The notes under the pieces: model-generated
Databases searched by the model: none
What the model was told of the DNA's origin: nothing
Seen by the model: only the letters and a program-made list of their open reading frames with translations
In this document: positions 18,567 through 27,262 of the stretch, one piece after another
How positions within the stretch are numbered: the stretch's first letter is position 1
Layout of the letters: every line of letters starts with the position of its first letter
Made by a program: the position numbers and the translations under genes
Assembly (NCBI GenBank): GCA_965231095.1
Contig: OZ246416.1
Location: forward strand, 436,380 to 500,379
Source of the DNA: an uncultured Gammaproteobacteria bacterium
Lineage (GTDB): Bacteria > Patescibacteriota > Patescibacteriia > XYB2-FULL-38-15
Reading direction: 5' to 3'
Length of the DNA stretch: 64,000 bases

Positions 18567-18992
18567 TTAAATTTTATGTTTCAAAAAAAATTCATTCGCC
18601 TTTTCTAAAACTTTTTTTCCATTTGGAAAAGTAATCTGCTCCATGGCCTCCGCATAAGGCAGCCACTTGAAATCAATGTGTTCGTCCGAAAGCTTAACTT
18701 CTGCCGTTTTTGTTTCTGCCAAATAAAAAATCGCTTCTTTATAAATCGTCTGCCCGTCTTTTTTATAAAACCAAAAAATTTTCTCCCGAAAATTCGGAAG
18801 AAAAATCAAATCAGCAATTCCTGTTTCTTCTTTTGCTTCGCGCACGACCGTTTCTTCTTCTTTTTCCCCAATCTCAATCGCTCCCCGCGGAAAATCCCAG
18901 TGCCCCGACTCGTAGCGCAAAAGCAAATATTTTATTTCGCCGTCTCGCCTAAAAACCACGGCGCCGGCAGATGTCTCTTTTGGCATACCCAA
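18567..18992 (-). CDS. NUDIX hydrolase
   Basis: 141 aa. Nudix box GAIEIGEKEEETVVREAKEETGI (GX5EX7REUXEEXGU). Confidence 0.7.
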   Translation of the reverse strand: MGMPKETSAGAVVFRRDGEIKYLLLRYESGHWDFPRGAIEIGEKEEETVVREAKEETGIADLIFLPNFREKIFWFYKKDGQTIYKEAIFYLAETKTAEVKLSDEHIDFKWLPYAEAMEQITFPNGKKVLEKANEFFLKHKI

Positions 18993-19017
18993 TTACTGGT
19001 TACTAATTACTCAATTT

Positions 19018-19590
19018 CTACTCCCTCATCTTCACGTCGTAGAGAATTTCTTCCGCTCGCCGCAAATTTTGTTTTGCCTGATCATATTTTGTCCGCAAAT
19101 ATCCGGTCAAATTCATTTTAATCAATTCGCCTACAACATCGCGAACGCCGGCGACATATTCTTCAACTTTTTTAAACTTTTTCTCCGTGGCCGCGAGCAC
19201 CGCTTTTCGAACAAGCTCTCCGGTGAAATCACACATCCCGCCCAAATAAGTGTCAGCGTCTATTTCCTGCTCTTTTATAAAATCAATCTTCCCGTCTTCC
19301 AAAAATCTGCCGAAAAATTTTGCTTCCACATACTCTTCAAGCGCCGCGCGATACGCGCCCTCGTAGCGCAACTCCGGCTCTTGTTTAAACTTTTTTTCCA
19401 AATCCTGAAAAATTTTTTCCACTTCGGCGAGCAGCGCATTTCCACCCCTCAGGTCATTCCTATGAAAAGCGAAAATCGCCTGCTTTGCCCTCATCAAGGC
19501 TTCGTTAGAAACGCCGATCAACTTTCTTCTTTCCTCTCCGTAAAACTCAAAATCTTTTTTTAAACCCTGAAACAATTTTTGATTGATCAT
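19018..19590 (-). CDS. All-alpha hypothetical protein, possibly translin-family-like
   Basis: 190 aa, helical and charged; TYLGGMCDFTGELVRKAV resembles the Y..G..D..GEL.R translin motif. Weak call. Confidence 0.3.
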   Translation of the reverse strand: MINQKLFQGLKKDFEFYGEERRKLIGVSNEALMRAKQAIFAFHRNDLRGGNALLAEVEKIFQDLEKKFKQEPELRYEGAYRAALEEYVEAKFFGRFLEDGKIDFIKEQEIDADTYLGGMCDFTGELVRKAVLAATEKKFKKVEEYVAGVRDVVGELIKMNLTGYLRTKYDQAKQNLRRAEEILYDVKMRE

Positions 19591-19594
19591 ATTT

Positions 19595-20704
19595 TTATAT
19601 GCATTTATCGCATTTAACGGCTAAAAGTAAAATGATTGAATTACGCGTGACGAGCCCGACAACTTTATTATTTTCCAAAACCGGTAAACGGCCAAACTCA
19701 TTATTTGCCATTTTTAAAAATGCGTCGTAGGCCGTGTCGGTTGACCGCAAAGTTAGAAGTTTTTCCGCGCCGGTCATTATTTCACCAACTTTTATTTTAG
19801 GCCACTTTGTCCGCGGCGTTCGCCTTAAATCTTCAATCGTAACAATGCCCAAAAGCCGATCATTTTCTTCAACGGGAAATCCTCCCTGCTTATAATCCAA
19901 AAAGGCTTTGGCCAAATCTTTAAGCAAAGTGTCCGGCGCAACACTCCTAAAATCTTTTTCCATAATTTGCCCGATATTGAAACGCGACAAAACTTCTTCC
20001 ATTCTCTGCTGTTTTAAGCTTGATCCCGCGGCTTGGAGCAAAAACCAACTAATTAAAATTATCCATGCCCCGCTCAAAAAATTATTTTCTAAAAGCATTT
20101 TTATTCCCCAAAGAGTAAAAAGAAAGGCGATAAGACGGCTTACGCCAACCGCCCGCCGAGTCGCTCTTTCCATATCTTTGTATTTTGCCCAAAGCGCCGA
20201 ACGAAAAATTCTCCCGCCGTCCAAGGGAAAGGCCGGAACCATATTAAATACCGCTAAAATTCCATTGATCAAAAAAAGATAATTCGCGATGGCCGCACCG
20301 GCGACCCCAATTTCAAAAATCCCAATCCCCCAAAAAATCCCGGCCAAAATTATACTCGCGACCGGACCGGCAATCGCCATATCAAATTCATCAGCCGGCT
20401 TTTTCGGCTCACTTACCATTTCCGCCACGCCGCCAAAAACAAACAAAGTAATGCTTTTCACTATAATATTTTTTCTCTTGCCAATCAATGAATGTGAAAG
20501 TTCATGAAGCAGAACTGAAACAAAAAGCAAAAACGCGGCCACGCCCCCGGAAATCCAATAAGCCGTTTCCGTCCAGCCGGGATAATTTGCCGGAAAATAA
20601 AAATCCGCCAGCGACCAAACAATCAAAAACAAAATCAAAAACCAGGAAAAATGAATTTTTATTTCTATATTTTTAATTCTCCCGAGCGAAAACGCATTGT
20701 GCAT
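19595..20704 (-). CDS. Site-2 protease family (M50) zinc metalloprotease with C-terminal CBS pair
   Basis: 369 aa. HELSHSL (HExxH) within a TM helix, multiple TM segments, second motif region FNMVPAFPLDGGR, and two CBS-like segments (...GRLPVLENNKVVGLVTRNSI). Confidence 0.75.
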   Translation of the reverse strand: MHNAFSLGRIKNIEIKIHFSWFLILFLIVWSLADFYFPANYPGWTETAYWISGGVAAFLLFVSVLLHELSHSLIGKRKNIIVKSITLFVFGGVAEMVSEPKKPADEFDMAIAGPVASIILAGIFWGIGIFEIGVAGAAIANYLFLINGILAVFNMVPAFPLDGGRIFRSALWAKYKDMERATRRAVGVSRLIAFLFTLWGIKMLLENNFLSGAWIILISWFLLQAAGSSLKQQRMEEVLSRFNIGQIMEKDFRSVAPDTLLKDLAKAFLDYKQGGFPVEENDRLLGIVTIEDLRRTPRTKWPKIKVGEIMTGAEKLLTLRSTDTAYDAFLKMANNEFGRLPVLENNKVVGLVTRNSIILLLAVKCDKCI

Positions 20705-20723
20705 AAAATATTTTTAAAAATTC

Positions 20724-21866
20724 TTATTTAGTTTTGTAAACTTTTTCCGTCTCCAGAACAATCTTCTCCCAGTTAAAATTTTTCTCAATAAATCCCTTCC
20801 CCCGCTCGCCGCGGCCGGAGGCAATTTCCGGAACATTCAAAAGATAAACTATTTTTTCGTAAAGATCGTCAACGTTTTTTGTTTCAAAAGAAAATCCGGA
20901 GTGGTCAATTGTTTCCAAATTTTCCGGGATGTCGCTAATTAAGACACAGGTGCCGTAAGACATCGCTTCCAAAATCGTAATGGAAAGGCCTTCGGCTTCA
21001 GAGGGGTGAACATAAAGATAGGCATTCGCAAAAAGTTGTTTTAATGTATCACCCGCCTGGAATCCGGCAAAAATAATATTTGGACTCTGCTCGGCAAGCT
21101 TGTTTAAATAAGCGTAGTAATCATCAGTAAAACTTGGCGCGCCGACAATTACCAATTTTTTTATTTTCCCCCCTGGCCAATTTTTTGGGTCATCCCCAAA
21201 AATTTTTTCCATTTTCCGATAGGCTTGAATCAAATAGTGAATTCCTTTGTGCCGAATTAGCCGCGCCACTGTTAAAATATATGAATCTTTTTTCAAACCA
21301 AATTTTTCTAATTCGCCCTCTCCCTTGATCTCTTCCGCGCGAACGCCGTTTGGAATATAAACAACATCTTTCTTAAATTTTTCTTTGCAATATTTTTTTA
21401 TGGACTCTGAAACGGCAATAGTTTTGTGCGCGAAGTGGCACGCCGTCCATTCTCCAAAACCAAGATACCATCTCGCGAACCATCCCCATTTTTTATGAAA
21501 GCGGTCAATGCTGTGGAAAGTGACGACAACTTTTGCCCGCGGTTTAAAGATTCTTGGAATCCAAGCAAGGGTGGAGGGGCCGACGCCGTGATAATGAATG
21601 ATGTCCACCTTTTTAAAAAGAACATGGATCGTTGAGAAAATTGTATGGGTAATTGTGTCTAAATTTTTTGTGAGGATAGACGGTAAGGAAATCAATTTGA
21701 CGCCTTTATAAATTTTCTGGCCATTTATAATAAACCTAGGGCGGACGTAAGCAAAAACCTCGTGGCCGCTTGCGGCAAGCCGAACAGATAATTCCTCCAC
21801 ATGGCGTTCCACTCCCCCGTCCCGAATAAAGGGAATGCCCTTTGGGCCAATCATGGCAATGCGCAT
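20724..21866 (-). CDS. Family 4 glycosyltransferase (GT-B, retaining)
   Basis: 380 aa. C-terminal EAEGLSITILEAMSYGTCVLISD (E-X7-E motif of GT4). Confidence 0.7.
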   Translation of the reverse strand: MRIAMIGPKGIPFIRDGGVERHVEELSVRLAASGHEVFAYVRPRFIINGQKIYKGVKLISLPSILTKNLDTITHTIFSTIHVLFKKVDIIHYHGVGPSTLAWIPRIFKPRAKVVVTFHSIDRFHKKWGWFARWYLGFGEWTACHFAHKTIAVSESIKKYCKEKFKKDVVYIPNGVRAEEIKGEGELEKFGLKKDSYILTVARLIRHKGIHYLIQAYRKMEKIFGDDPKNWPGGKIKKLVIVGAPSFTDDYYAYLNKLAEQSPNIIFAGFQAGDTLKQLFANAYLYVHPSEAEGLSITILEAMSYGTCVLISDIPENLETIDHSGFSFETKNVDDLYEKIVYLLNVPEIASGRGERGKGFIEKNFNWEKIVLETEKVYKTK

Positions 21867-21995
21867 ATCACAACCACAAAAGTAATAAAAAAACTAAAGG
21901 CCTTGTCAAACTTAAATAACCTTGTTATCATTATATCAAAATCAGGCATATATAGCTATAATTTTACATTTTGCATTTTTAATTTCTAATTTTTT

Positions 21996-22068
21996 GACCC
22001 GGTAGCTCAGCTGGTAGAGCATCTGCCTTTTAAGCAGAGGGTCCTGGGTTCGAGCCCCAGCCGGGTCA
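21996..22068 (+). tRNA. tRNA-Lys (TTT)
   Basis: GACCCGG/CCGGGTC acceptor, D-arm GCTCAGCTGGTAGAGC, anticodon stem TCTGC/GCAGA with loop CTTTTAA, T-arm CTGGG-TTCGAGC-CCCAG. Confidence 0.85.
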
Positions 22069-22334
22069 TTTTTTATTTTTCTATAGTTTTATTAAAACCT
22101 TCAAACGGAGGTTTTTTTGTTTGTCTTGCCCCGTAGTAGAATTTTGGAATTTAAATACTCTTTCGCCGGTAATCGATTGCATTTATCTTTATCGCAAAAT
22201 ATTAAAACCAAGTTCTTTGTCCGCCCCTGGCGGATATCCAAAATTTCACTACGGGGTTGACAAAATCGGCGTATTATTCTAAAATCCAAGGTCGCGATAG
22301 ACAACAACTCTCCGAATCGGAGAAGGAGGCACCC

Positions 22335-22988
22335 ATGGTGGAGGAACGTGATTTCGAGAGACTGCGGGAGCTTACCCCACGGCAATTGTGGATGGAGCTC
22401 GCGGCGGCCTACGAGGCGCTCGCGGCGCAAGAAGTGGAGATCAGGGGTCTCCGCAGCTCGCTGGCGGAACTTTGGAACGAGGGGGAACAATACATGGCCG
22501 AGGGGCGGATCGATCACCTGACGGGCGCGCTGAACCGCAGGGGCGTCGAGATCGCTCTTACTGACGAAATGTCCTTCGCCCGACGCTTCGAGTCCCCTCT
22601 CAGCGTGATCGCGATCGACGTCGACCACTTCAAGGAAACGAACGACACGTACGGACACCCTGCCGGGGACACCGTCCTGCAGGAAATCGTCAGGCGTGCT
22701 CGCAAGGTTCTCCGCCCCTATGACTCAATCGGACGAATAGGAGGAGACGAACTCACCATCATTCTCCGAGGGGCAACTTTGAAAAACGCAACTTTGGTCG
22801 CCGAACGTATCTGCGCGGCCATAGCGCTAAATGTCTTTTCCTACGGCGAAGCAACCTTCCGTGTAACAATCAGCGTCGGTGTGGCCGTGGCCGAGAGAGA
22901 GGCAAAACAAACCCTCGAAGCGGCAGACGAGGCTCTCTATGAGGCCAAACGTAGCGGTCGCAACCGCGTAGTTGCGATCAATCGATAG
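22335..22988 (+). CDS. GGDEF-domain diguanylate-cyclase-like protein (GGDEL variant) with short N-terminal coiled coil; GC-rich islet 2
   Basis: ~60% GC. AAGGAGG lies 7 nt upstream of ATG MVEERDF (this ATG was chosen over the longer track ORF starting at 22257). GGDEF-domain hallmarks: LTGALNRRG, IDVDHFKETNDTYGHPAGD, RIGGDELTIIL. No sensor or TM domain. Confidence 0.75.
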   Translation: MVEERDFERLRELTPRQLWMELAAAYEALAAQEVEIRGLRSSLAELWNEGEQYMAEGRIDHLTGALNRRGVEIALTDEMSFARRFESPLSVIAIDVDHFKETNDTYGHPAGDTVLQEIVRRARKVLRPYDSIGRIGGDELTIILRGATLKNATLVAERICAAIALNVFSYGEATFRVTISVGVAVAEREAKQTLEAADEALYEAKRSGRNRVVAINR

Positions 22989-22996
22989 ACGGCCCA

Positions 22997-23054
22997 CAAG
23001 GACAGAAAATCCCGCAACCAGGAGGCGCGGGAAAAACTCTGTCCTTGTTTTTTT
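22997..23054 (+). terminator. Rho-independent terminator after the GGDEF gene
   Basis: CAAGGACAG...CTGTCCTTG outer stem with inner TCCCGC/GCGGGA stem, followed by TTTTTTT. Confidence 0.55.
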
Positions 23055-23056
23055 AT

Positions 23057-24136
23057 CTATCTCAAAATCTCGTCAACGATTTTTTGCGCCGCGTTGGCAG
23101 ACATTATTTCTTTAATATTTCTGCCCAAATTTTCCAATTCCACTTTGTTATTTAGCAATTCCCGAACAGCCGCGGAAAAATTTTCCGGCGTTATATTTTT
23201 TTCATCCCAAAACATAACCGCATTTTGTTTTTTAAAATAATAAGCATTGTCTTCTTGATGACTTTCGGGAATTGGGATTAAAACCGTTGGCTTGCCAAGC
23301 ACGGCGAGTTCGGTTAGCGTCGCCATGCCGGCGCGGGAAATTACAAGATCAGAGGCGGCAAAAATATCCGGCAAATCTTTTCCCAAAAATTCCGCGGAAT
23401 GATACCGCGCTGTTTCCCTTTTTATATTTTCAATTTCATTTTTCATCGCCTCATCAATTCTTCCACCAGTCATATGAATTACCTGGCAAAATTTTACAAG
23501 CTCGCGCGAGGCCGCGACAATAATTTTATTTAAACTCATTGCCCCCGTCCCCCCGCCTAAAATAAAAATTGTTGGCAAATCTTTTTCTAAATTAAAATTC
23601 TGCGCGGCGCGCATTTTATCCCCGGAAAAAATTTCTTGCCGCACCGGATTTCCAACAACTACTCCTCGCGGAAAATATTTTAAAGATTCTAAAAATGTGA
23701 CAGTTATAATTTTTGCAAACTTCGCCGTAAGTTTATTTGCTAAACCCGGCCGCAAATCTTCTTGATGAACCAAACTTGGCACGCGCAAAATCCAACCCGC
23801 CCAAATTACCGGCACAGCCACAAACCCTCCGGCCGACAAAATCATTTGTGGTTTAAATTTAAAAATCAACCAAAACGATTTTAAAAATCCCGCCGCAATA
23901 TAAAATGGCGCCAAAAAATTCCAGCCGGAAAAATACCGACGCAATTTCCCCGCCGACACACTCGTAAATTTAATCCCAAACGACTCCACAAACTTTTTTT
24001 CAGGTCCATTCTTTGTTCCAATCCACAAAAAATCCGCGCCAGACTCGCGCTTTTTTATTTCTTCGGCCACGGCCAGTAGCGGCGTCACCGATCCCATTGT
24101 CCCCCCACCTGTCAAAATTATTTTCATATCAGCCAC
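23057..24136 (-). CDS. murG: Undecaprenyl-PP-MurNAc-pentapeptide-UDPGlcNAc GlcNAc transferase MurG
   Basis: 359 aa. N-terminal ILTGGGTMGSVTPLLAV GT28 motif, C-terminal ...GGGTGAMSLN..., and ending ISRAGMATLTEL. Confidence 0.85.
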   Translation of the reverse strand: MADMKIILTGGGTMGSVTPLLAVAEEIKKRESGADFLWIGTKNGPEKKFVESFGIKFTSVSAGKLRRYFSGWNFLAPFYIAAGFLKSFWLIFKFKPQMILSAGGFVAVPVIWAGWILRVPSLVHQEDLRPGLANKLTAKFAKIITVTFLESLKYFPRGVVVGNPVRQEIFSGDKMRAAQNFNLEKDLPTIFILGGGTGAMSLNKIIVAASRELVKFCQVIHMTGGRIDEAMKNEIENIKRETARYHSAEFLGKDLPDIFAASDLVISRAGMATLTELAVLGKPTVLIPIPESHQEDNAYYFKKQNAVMFWDEKNITPENFSAAVRELLNNKVELENLGRNIKEIMSANAAQKIVDEILR

Positions 24137-24677
24137 AACGATTCAAATAATTATTTACTTTTAAAATCAAAACACAACTCGGCCCGTGAGTGATTTTGCT
24201 CTCCATTACCATCTTCACTGCTTTATCAAATTTAATTTTTATCATTTTAATTATTTCCGTACCTTCAGGATTTTTCCGGGTGAACGCCAAATCTCTGGCA
24301 AGAAAAAGCTGGGCTCGGGATTTTACAACCGTCGTAAATGGATCAACGGTTCCAAAATTAGTCCACTTATTCGCTCTAATACCCAATTCTTCAAGAAGTT
24401 CTCTTTTAGCTGTCTCGAGCGGTTTTTCCCCGCGCTCCAGCGCTCCGCTTACCGTTTCAACTGTCTTTCGTTCAACGGCATAATGATATTCGTAAGTTAG
24501 ATAAACATAACCTTTGCCGTCCATCGGAAGAACCGAAACTCCCGACTTCATATTCACGGTGCCAAAAATTCCCGGCTTGCCATCGGGTCTTATCACTTGG
24601 TCTTCATTAACTTCGATCCAAGGATTTTTATATTTTAAAATTGTTTTTTTAATTTTCCACGGACCTCTTTTTTTCAT
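24129..24677 (-). CDS. NUDIX hydrolase (ADP-ribose pyrophosphatase-like)
   Basis: 182 aa. Nudix box GALERGEKPLETAKRELLEELGI. Inserted between ftsW and murG; its stop overlaps the murG start by 8 nt. Confidence 0.7.
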   Translation of the reverse strand: MKKRGPWKIKKTILKYKNPWIEVNEDQVIRPDGKPGIFGTVNMKSGVSVLPMDGKGYVYLTYEYHYAVERKTVETVSGALERGEKPLETAKRELLEELGIRANKWTNFGTVDPFTTVVKSRAQLFLARDLAFTRKNPEGTEIIKMIKIKFDKAVKMVMESKITHGPSCVLILKVNNYLNRCG

Positions 24678-24681
24678 AAAA

Positions 24682-25779
24682 TTATTCCCTAGAATATTTT
24701 GAAATATTCGCCATAATCCCCGCGGCGGCGAGACATACTGTCAGTGCCGTTCCGCCATAACTTACAAAAGGCAAAGGAATTCCGGTTAGGGGCAAAATCC
24801 CGAGCATGGCTCCAACGTTTATAAATGACTGTAGGACAAACCAACTTGTAATGCCAACCGCGAGCAATCGGCCAAAACCATCCGGCGCGTTTTTAGCGAT
24901 TTTAAATCCGCGAATGGCCAAAAAAACCAAGGCCGCGACAAACAAAATCATAAAAATAAATCCCAACTCTTCGGCCATCACGGCAAAAATTGAATCGCCG
25001 GCGACTTCTGGCAAGTATTGAAATTTTTGTCGCGAGAGTCCCAAGCCCAATCCGAAAAATCCGCCTGAACCGATCGCGAGCAACGCTTGATTGATGTGGT
25101 ATCCAACTCCTTGCGGATCAAGTTCCGGATGCAGGAAAGTCATCAGTCGCGCCGTCCGATACGGAGCAAACTTTACCAAAAGCAAAAATAGAAAAGCGCC
25201 GACTCCGGAAATCCAAGCAAGATGCGAGAGGGGCGCTCCAGCGGAAAAATAAACAATAATGGAAATCATCGCGATAATGGAAAGCGTCCCGATGTCCGGC
25301 TGTAAAACCATTAAAATCGCAATGATACCGAAAACCACGACAAAAGGAATAAAACTTGCGCCCATTTCCTTCATGTCACGCCCACCTCGTTTTGGCCCAA
25401 GCCAAGCCGCGAGATAAATTAAAAAAGTCAGTTTAACAATTTCCGACGGCTGGAGCGACATGCCAAAAATATTTATCCAACTTTTAGAAGTTCCGTAATT
25501 GGCCGCCACTCCGGGGATAAAAACCAAAAGCAGAAGGACGACGGAAACCGCCAAAAACGGCAGGGCGTATTTTTTCCATTTTTTGTAATCTATGCGCGAC
25601 ATTAAAAAAAACGCGGCGAGACCGGGCAGTACGCCAAACAAAATTTGATGCTTTAAATACCAATAATTATCGCCGAATTTTTCATAAGCTGCCGGTGAAC
25701 TGGCTGAAGAAAGCATCATCAATCCAAAAACCAAAAGCGCCCCGACAATCCCGATAAAAACAAAATCTGGTTTTTTCAT
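24682..25779 (-). CDS. ftsW: SEDS-family peptidoglycan glycosyltransferase FtsW/RodA
   Basis: 365 aa, ~10 TM. Gene order mraY-ftsW-murG. Confidence 0.8.
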   Translation of the reverse strand: MKKPDFVFIGIVGALLVFGLMMLSSASSPAAYEKFGDNYWYLKHQILFGVLPGLAAFFLMSRIDYKKWKKYALPFLAVSVVLLLLVFIPGVAANYGTSKSWINIFGMSLQPSEIVKLTFLIYLAAWLGPKRGGRDMKEMGASFIPFVVVFGIIAILMVLQPDIGTLSIIAMISIIVYFSAGAPLSHLAWISGVGAFLFLLLVKFAPYRTARLMTFLHPELDPQGVGYHINQALLAIGSGGFFGLGLGLSRQKFQYLPEVAGDSIFAVMAEELGFIFMILFVAALVFLAIRGFKIAKNAPDGFGRLLAVGITSWFVLQSFINVGAMLGILPLTGIPLPFVSYGGTALTVCLAAAGIMANISKYSRE

Positions 25780-25806
25780 AATTGATACAAAACGTAAATC
25801 AATCTT

Positions 25807-26862
25807 TTACCCTAAACTCGAATCCATCAAAGAAATAATCACGCCCACCACCGCCGTCACTCCGGCAATAACCCAAAAACGCATCACAATTTTCGGTTCC
25901 GGCCAGCCGATTGCTTCAAGATGGTGGTGAATGGGAGCTGAAAGAAAAACTTTTTTCCTCCTGATTTTTTTGGAAATAATTTGAATAATCACGGAAACCG
26001 ATTCCACGGCGAATAAAAACCCAATGATCGGCAAAAGCAAAACCGAATTTGTAAGCATAGCCACAATACCCAGCGTCACGCCCAGCGACATCGCACCCGT
26101 GTCACCCATAAAAAATCTCGCCGGATTGATATTAAACCAAAGAAACGCCAAGAGCGCGCCGGCAATCACGCCGCAAAAAGCCGCCAATTCCATTTTCCCT
26201 TGCGAAAAAGCAATTGCCCCATAAGCGGCGAAAGCGGCCAAGAGCAGTCCCCCGGCCAAACCGTCCAAACCATCGCTTTCGTTTACCGAAAAAGATGTCG
26301 AGACAATTATAAAAATAAAAATCGGCAGATACCAAAAACCTATATCAAAATTTCCCAAAAAGGGCACGTGGATTGTGTGCCAATCAAGTTTAAAATAAAA
26401 CCACCACGCACCAACCGCCGCAATTATGGTGTACATCAAAAGTCTATGGCGTACCCTAAACCCTCCGCCATTCGGCCCAATTTTGCGCGCATTTAAATAA
26501 TCATCAACCAAACCGACGATTGCTGAAGCGACAAGCGCCCCAAGCGGCAAAAGAGTTTGCGGCCGCGTTAAAAAATTAAATTTTTTCAAAAATTCCCAAC
26601 CAGTCCACTCTCCGAGATAAAAAACCAACAGCGCCAAAAATAAAACCGTCACCCAAATCAAAACTCCGCCCATTGTCGGCGTACCGGATTTTTCCTTATG
26701 AAGTTTCGACATTATTGGCGCCGTTTTTTCATCCCTGATCTGTTTGCCCAATTTATATTTAAATAAAAAATAAGTCAGGGCCGGCGTCCAAGACATGGCA
26801 ATAATGAATGAAAGAGTTGTGAGAATAAAAATTTTAATGATGGAAAAATTGTCCATAATCAA
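25807..26862 (-). CDS. mraY: Phospho-N-acetylmuramoyl-pentapeptide transferase MraY
   Basis: 351 aa polytopic. NESDGLDGLAGG and MGDTGAMSLG motifs, ending HHHLE. Confidence 0.9.
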   Translation of the reverse strand: MIMDNFSIIKIFILTTLSFIIAMSWTPALTYFLFKYKLGKQIRDEKTAPIMSKLHKEKSGTPTMGGVLIWVTVLFLALLVFYLGEWTGWEFLKKFNFLTRPQTLLPLGALVASAIVGLVDDYLNARKIGPNGGGFRVRHRLLMYTIIAAVGAWWFYFKLDWHTIHVPFLGNFDIGFWYLPIFIFIIVSTSFSVNESDGLDGLAGGLLLAAFAAYGAIAFSQGKMELAAFCGVIAGALLAFLWFNINPARFFMGDTGAMSLGVTLGIVAMLTNSVLLLPIIGFLFAVESVSVIIQIISKKIRRKKVFLSAPIHHHLEAIGWPEPKIVMRFWVIAGVTAVVGVIISLMDSSLG

Positions 26863-26865
26863 TAA

Positions 26866-27258
26866 TTACTGATTAATCATAACGACCGAATAGGCCGTAA
26901 GAAAAAGTAAAATTTGAATAAAAGCCGCCGCCCCGGTTAAAAAATAACTTGTCACCTTGTCGCGCAAATAAATTATGTCCGCCAAAATGAAATTTATAAT
27001 AATAAAGAAAGACCCCGCGAGCGGCATAATAAATATTTCATACCACCTGCCGACAAAATCAACTCCGAAATAAATATTATAGTGCAAAGGGAAAAGTCCT
27101 TCCGTCGACCGAAGAGGAAAAAATTTTAAATAAAGAAAACCCCAGATAAGCAAATTCAGGGCCAAAGAAGAAATAAATAAAATTCTAAAAAATCCATCTT
27201 TAAAAATCAGGGCGGTAAAAAGTCTCGTAAAATTTTTGATAGCGCTTAAAAATTTCAT
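26866..27258 (-). CDS. Hypothetical membrane protein
   Basis: Start trimmed to MKFLSAIK to avoid overlap with iscS. Hydrophobic, 3-4 TM. Confidence 0.3.
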   Translation of the reverse strand: MKFLSAIKNFTRLFTALIFKDGFFRILFISSLALNLLIWGFLYLKFFPLRSTEGLFPLHYNIYFGVDFVGRWYEIFIMPLAGSFFIIINFILADIIYLRDKVTSYFLTGAAAFIQILLFLTAYSVVMINQ

Positions 27259-27262
27259 CTTG

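Noticed and set aside
22101-22658. 185-aa minus-strand ORF antisense to the GGDEF gene.
   Set aside because: Arg/Leu-rich antisense artifact of a GC-rich coding region. The GGDEF frame has clear domain motifs, an SD and a terminator.
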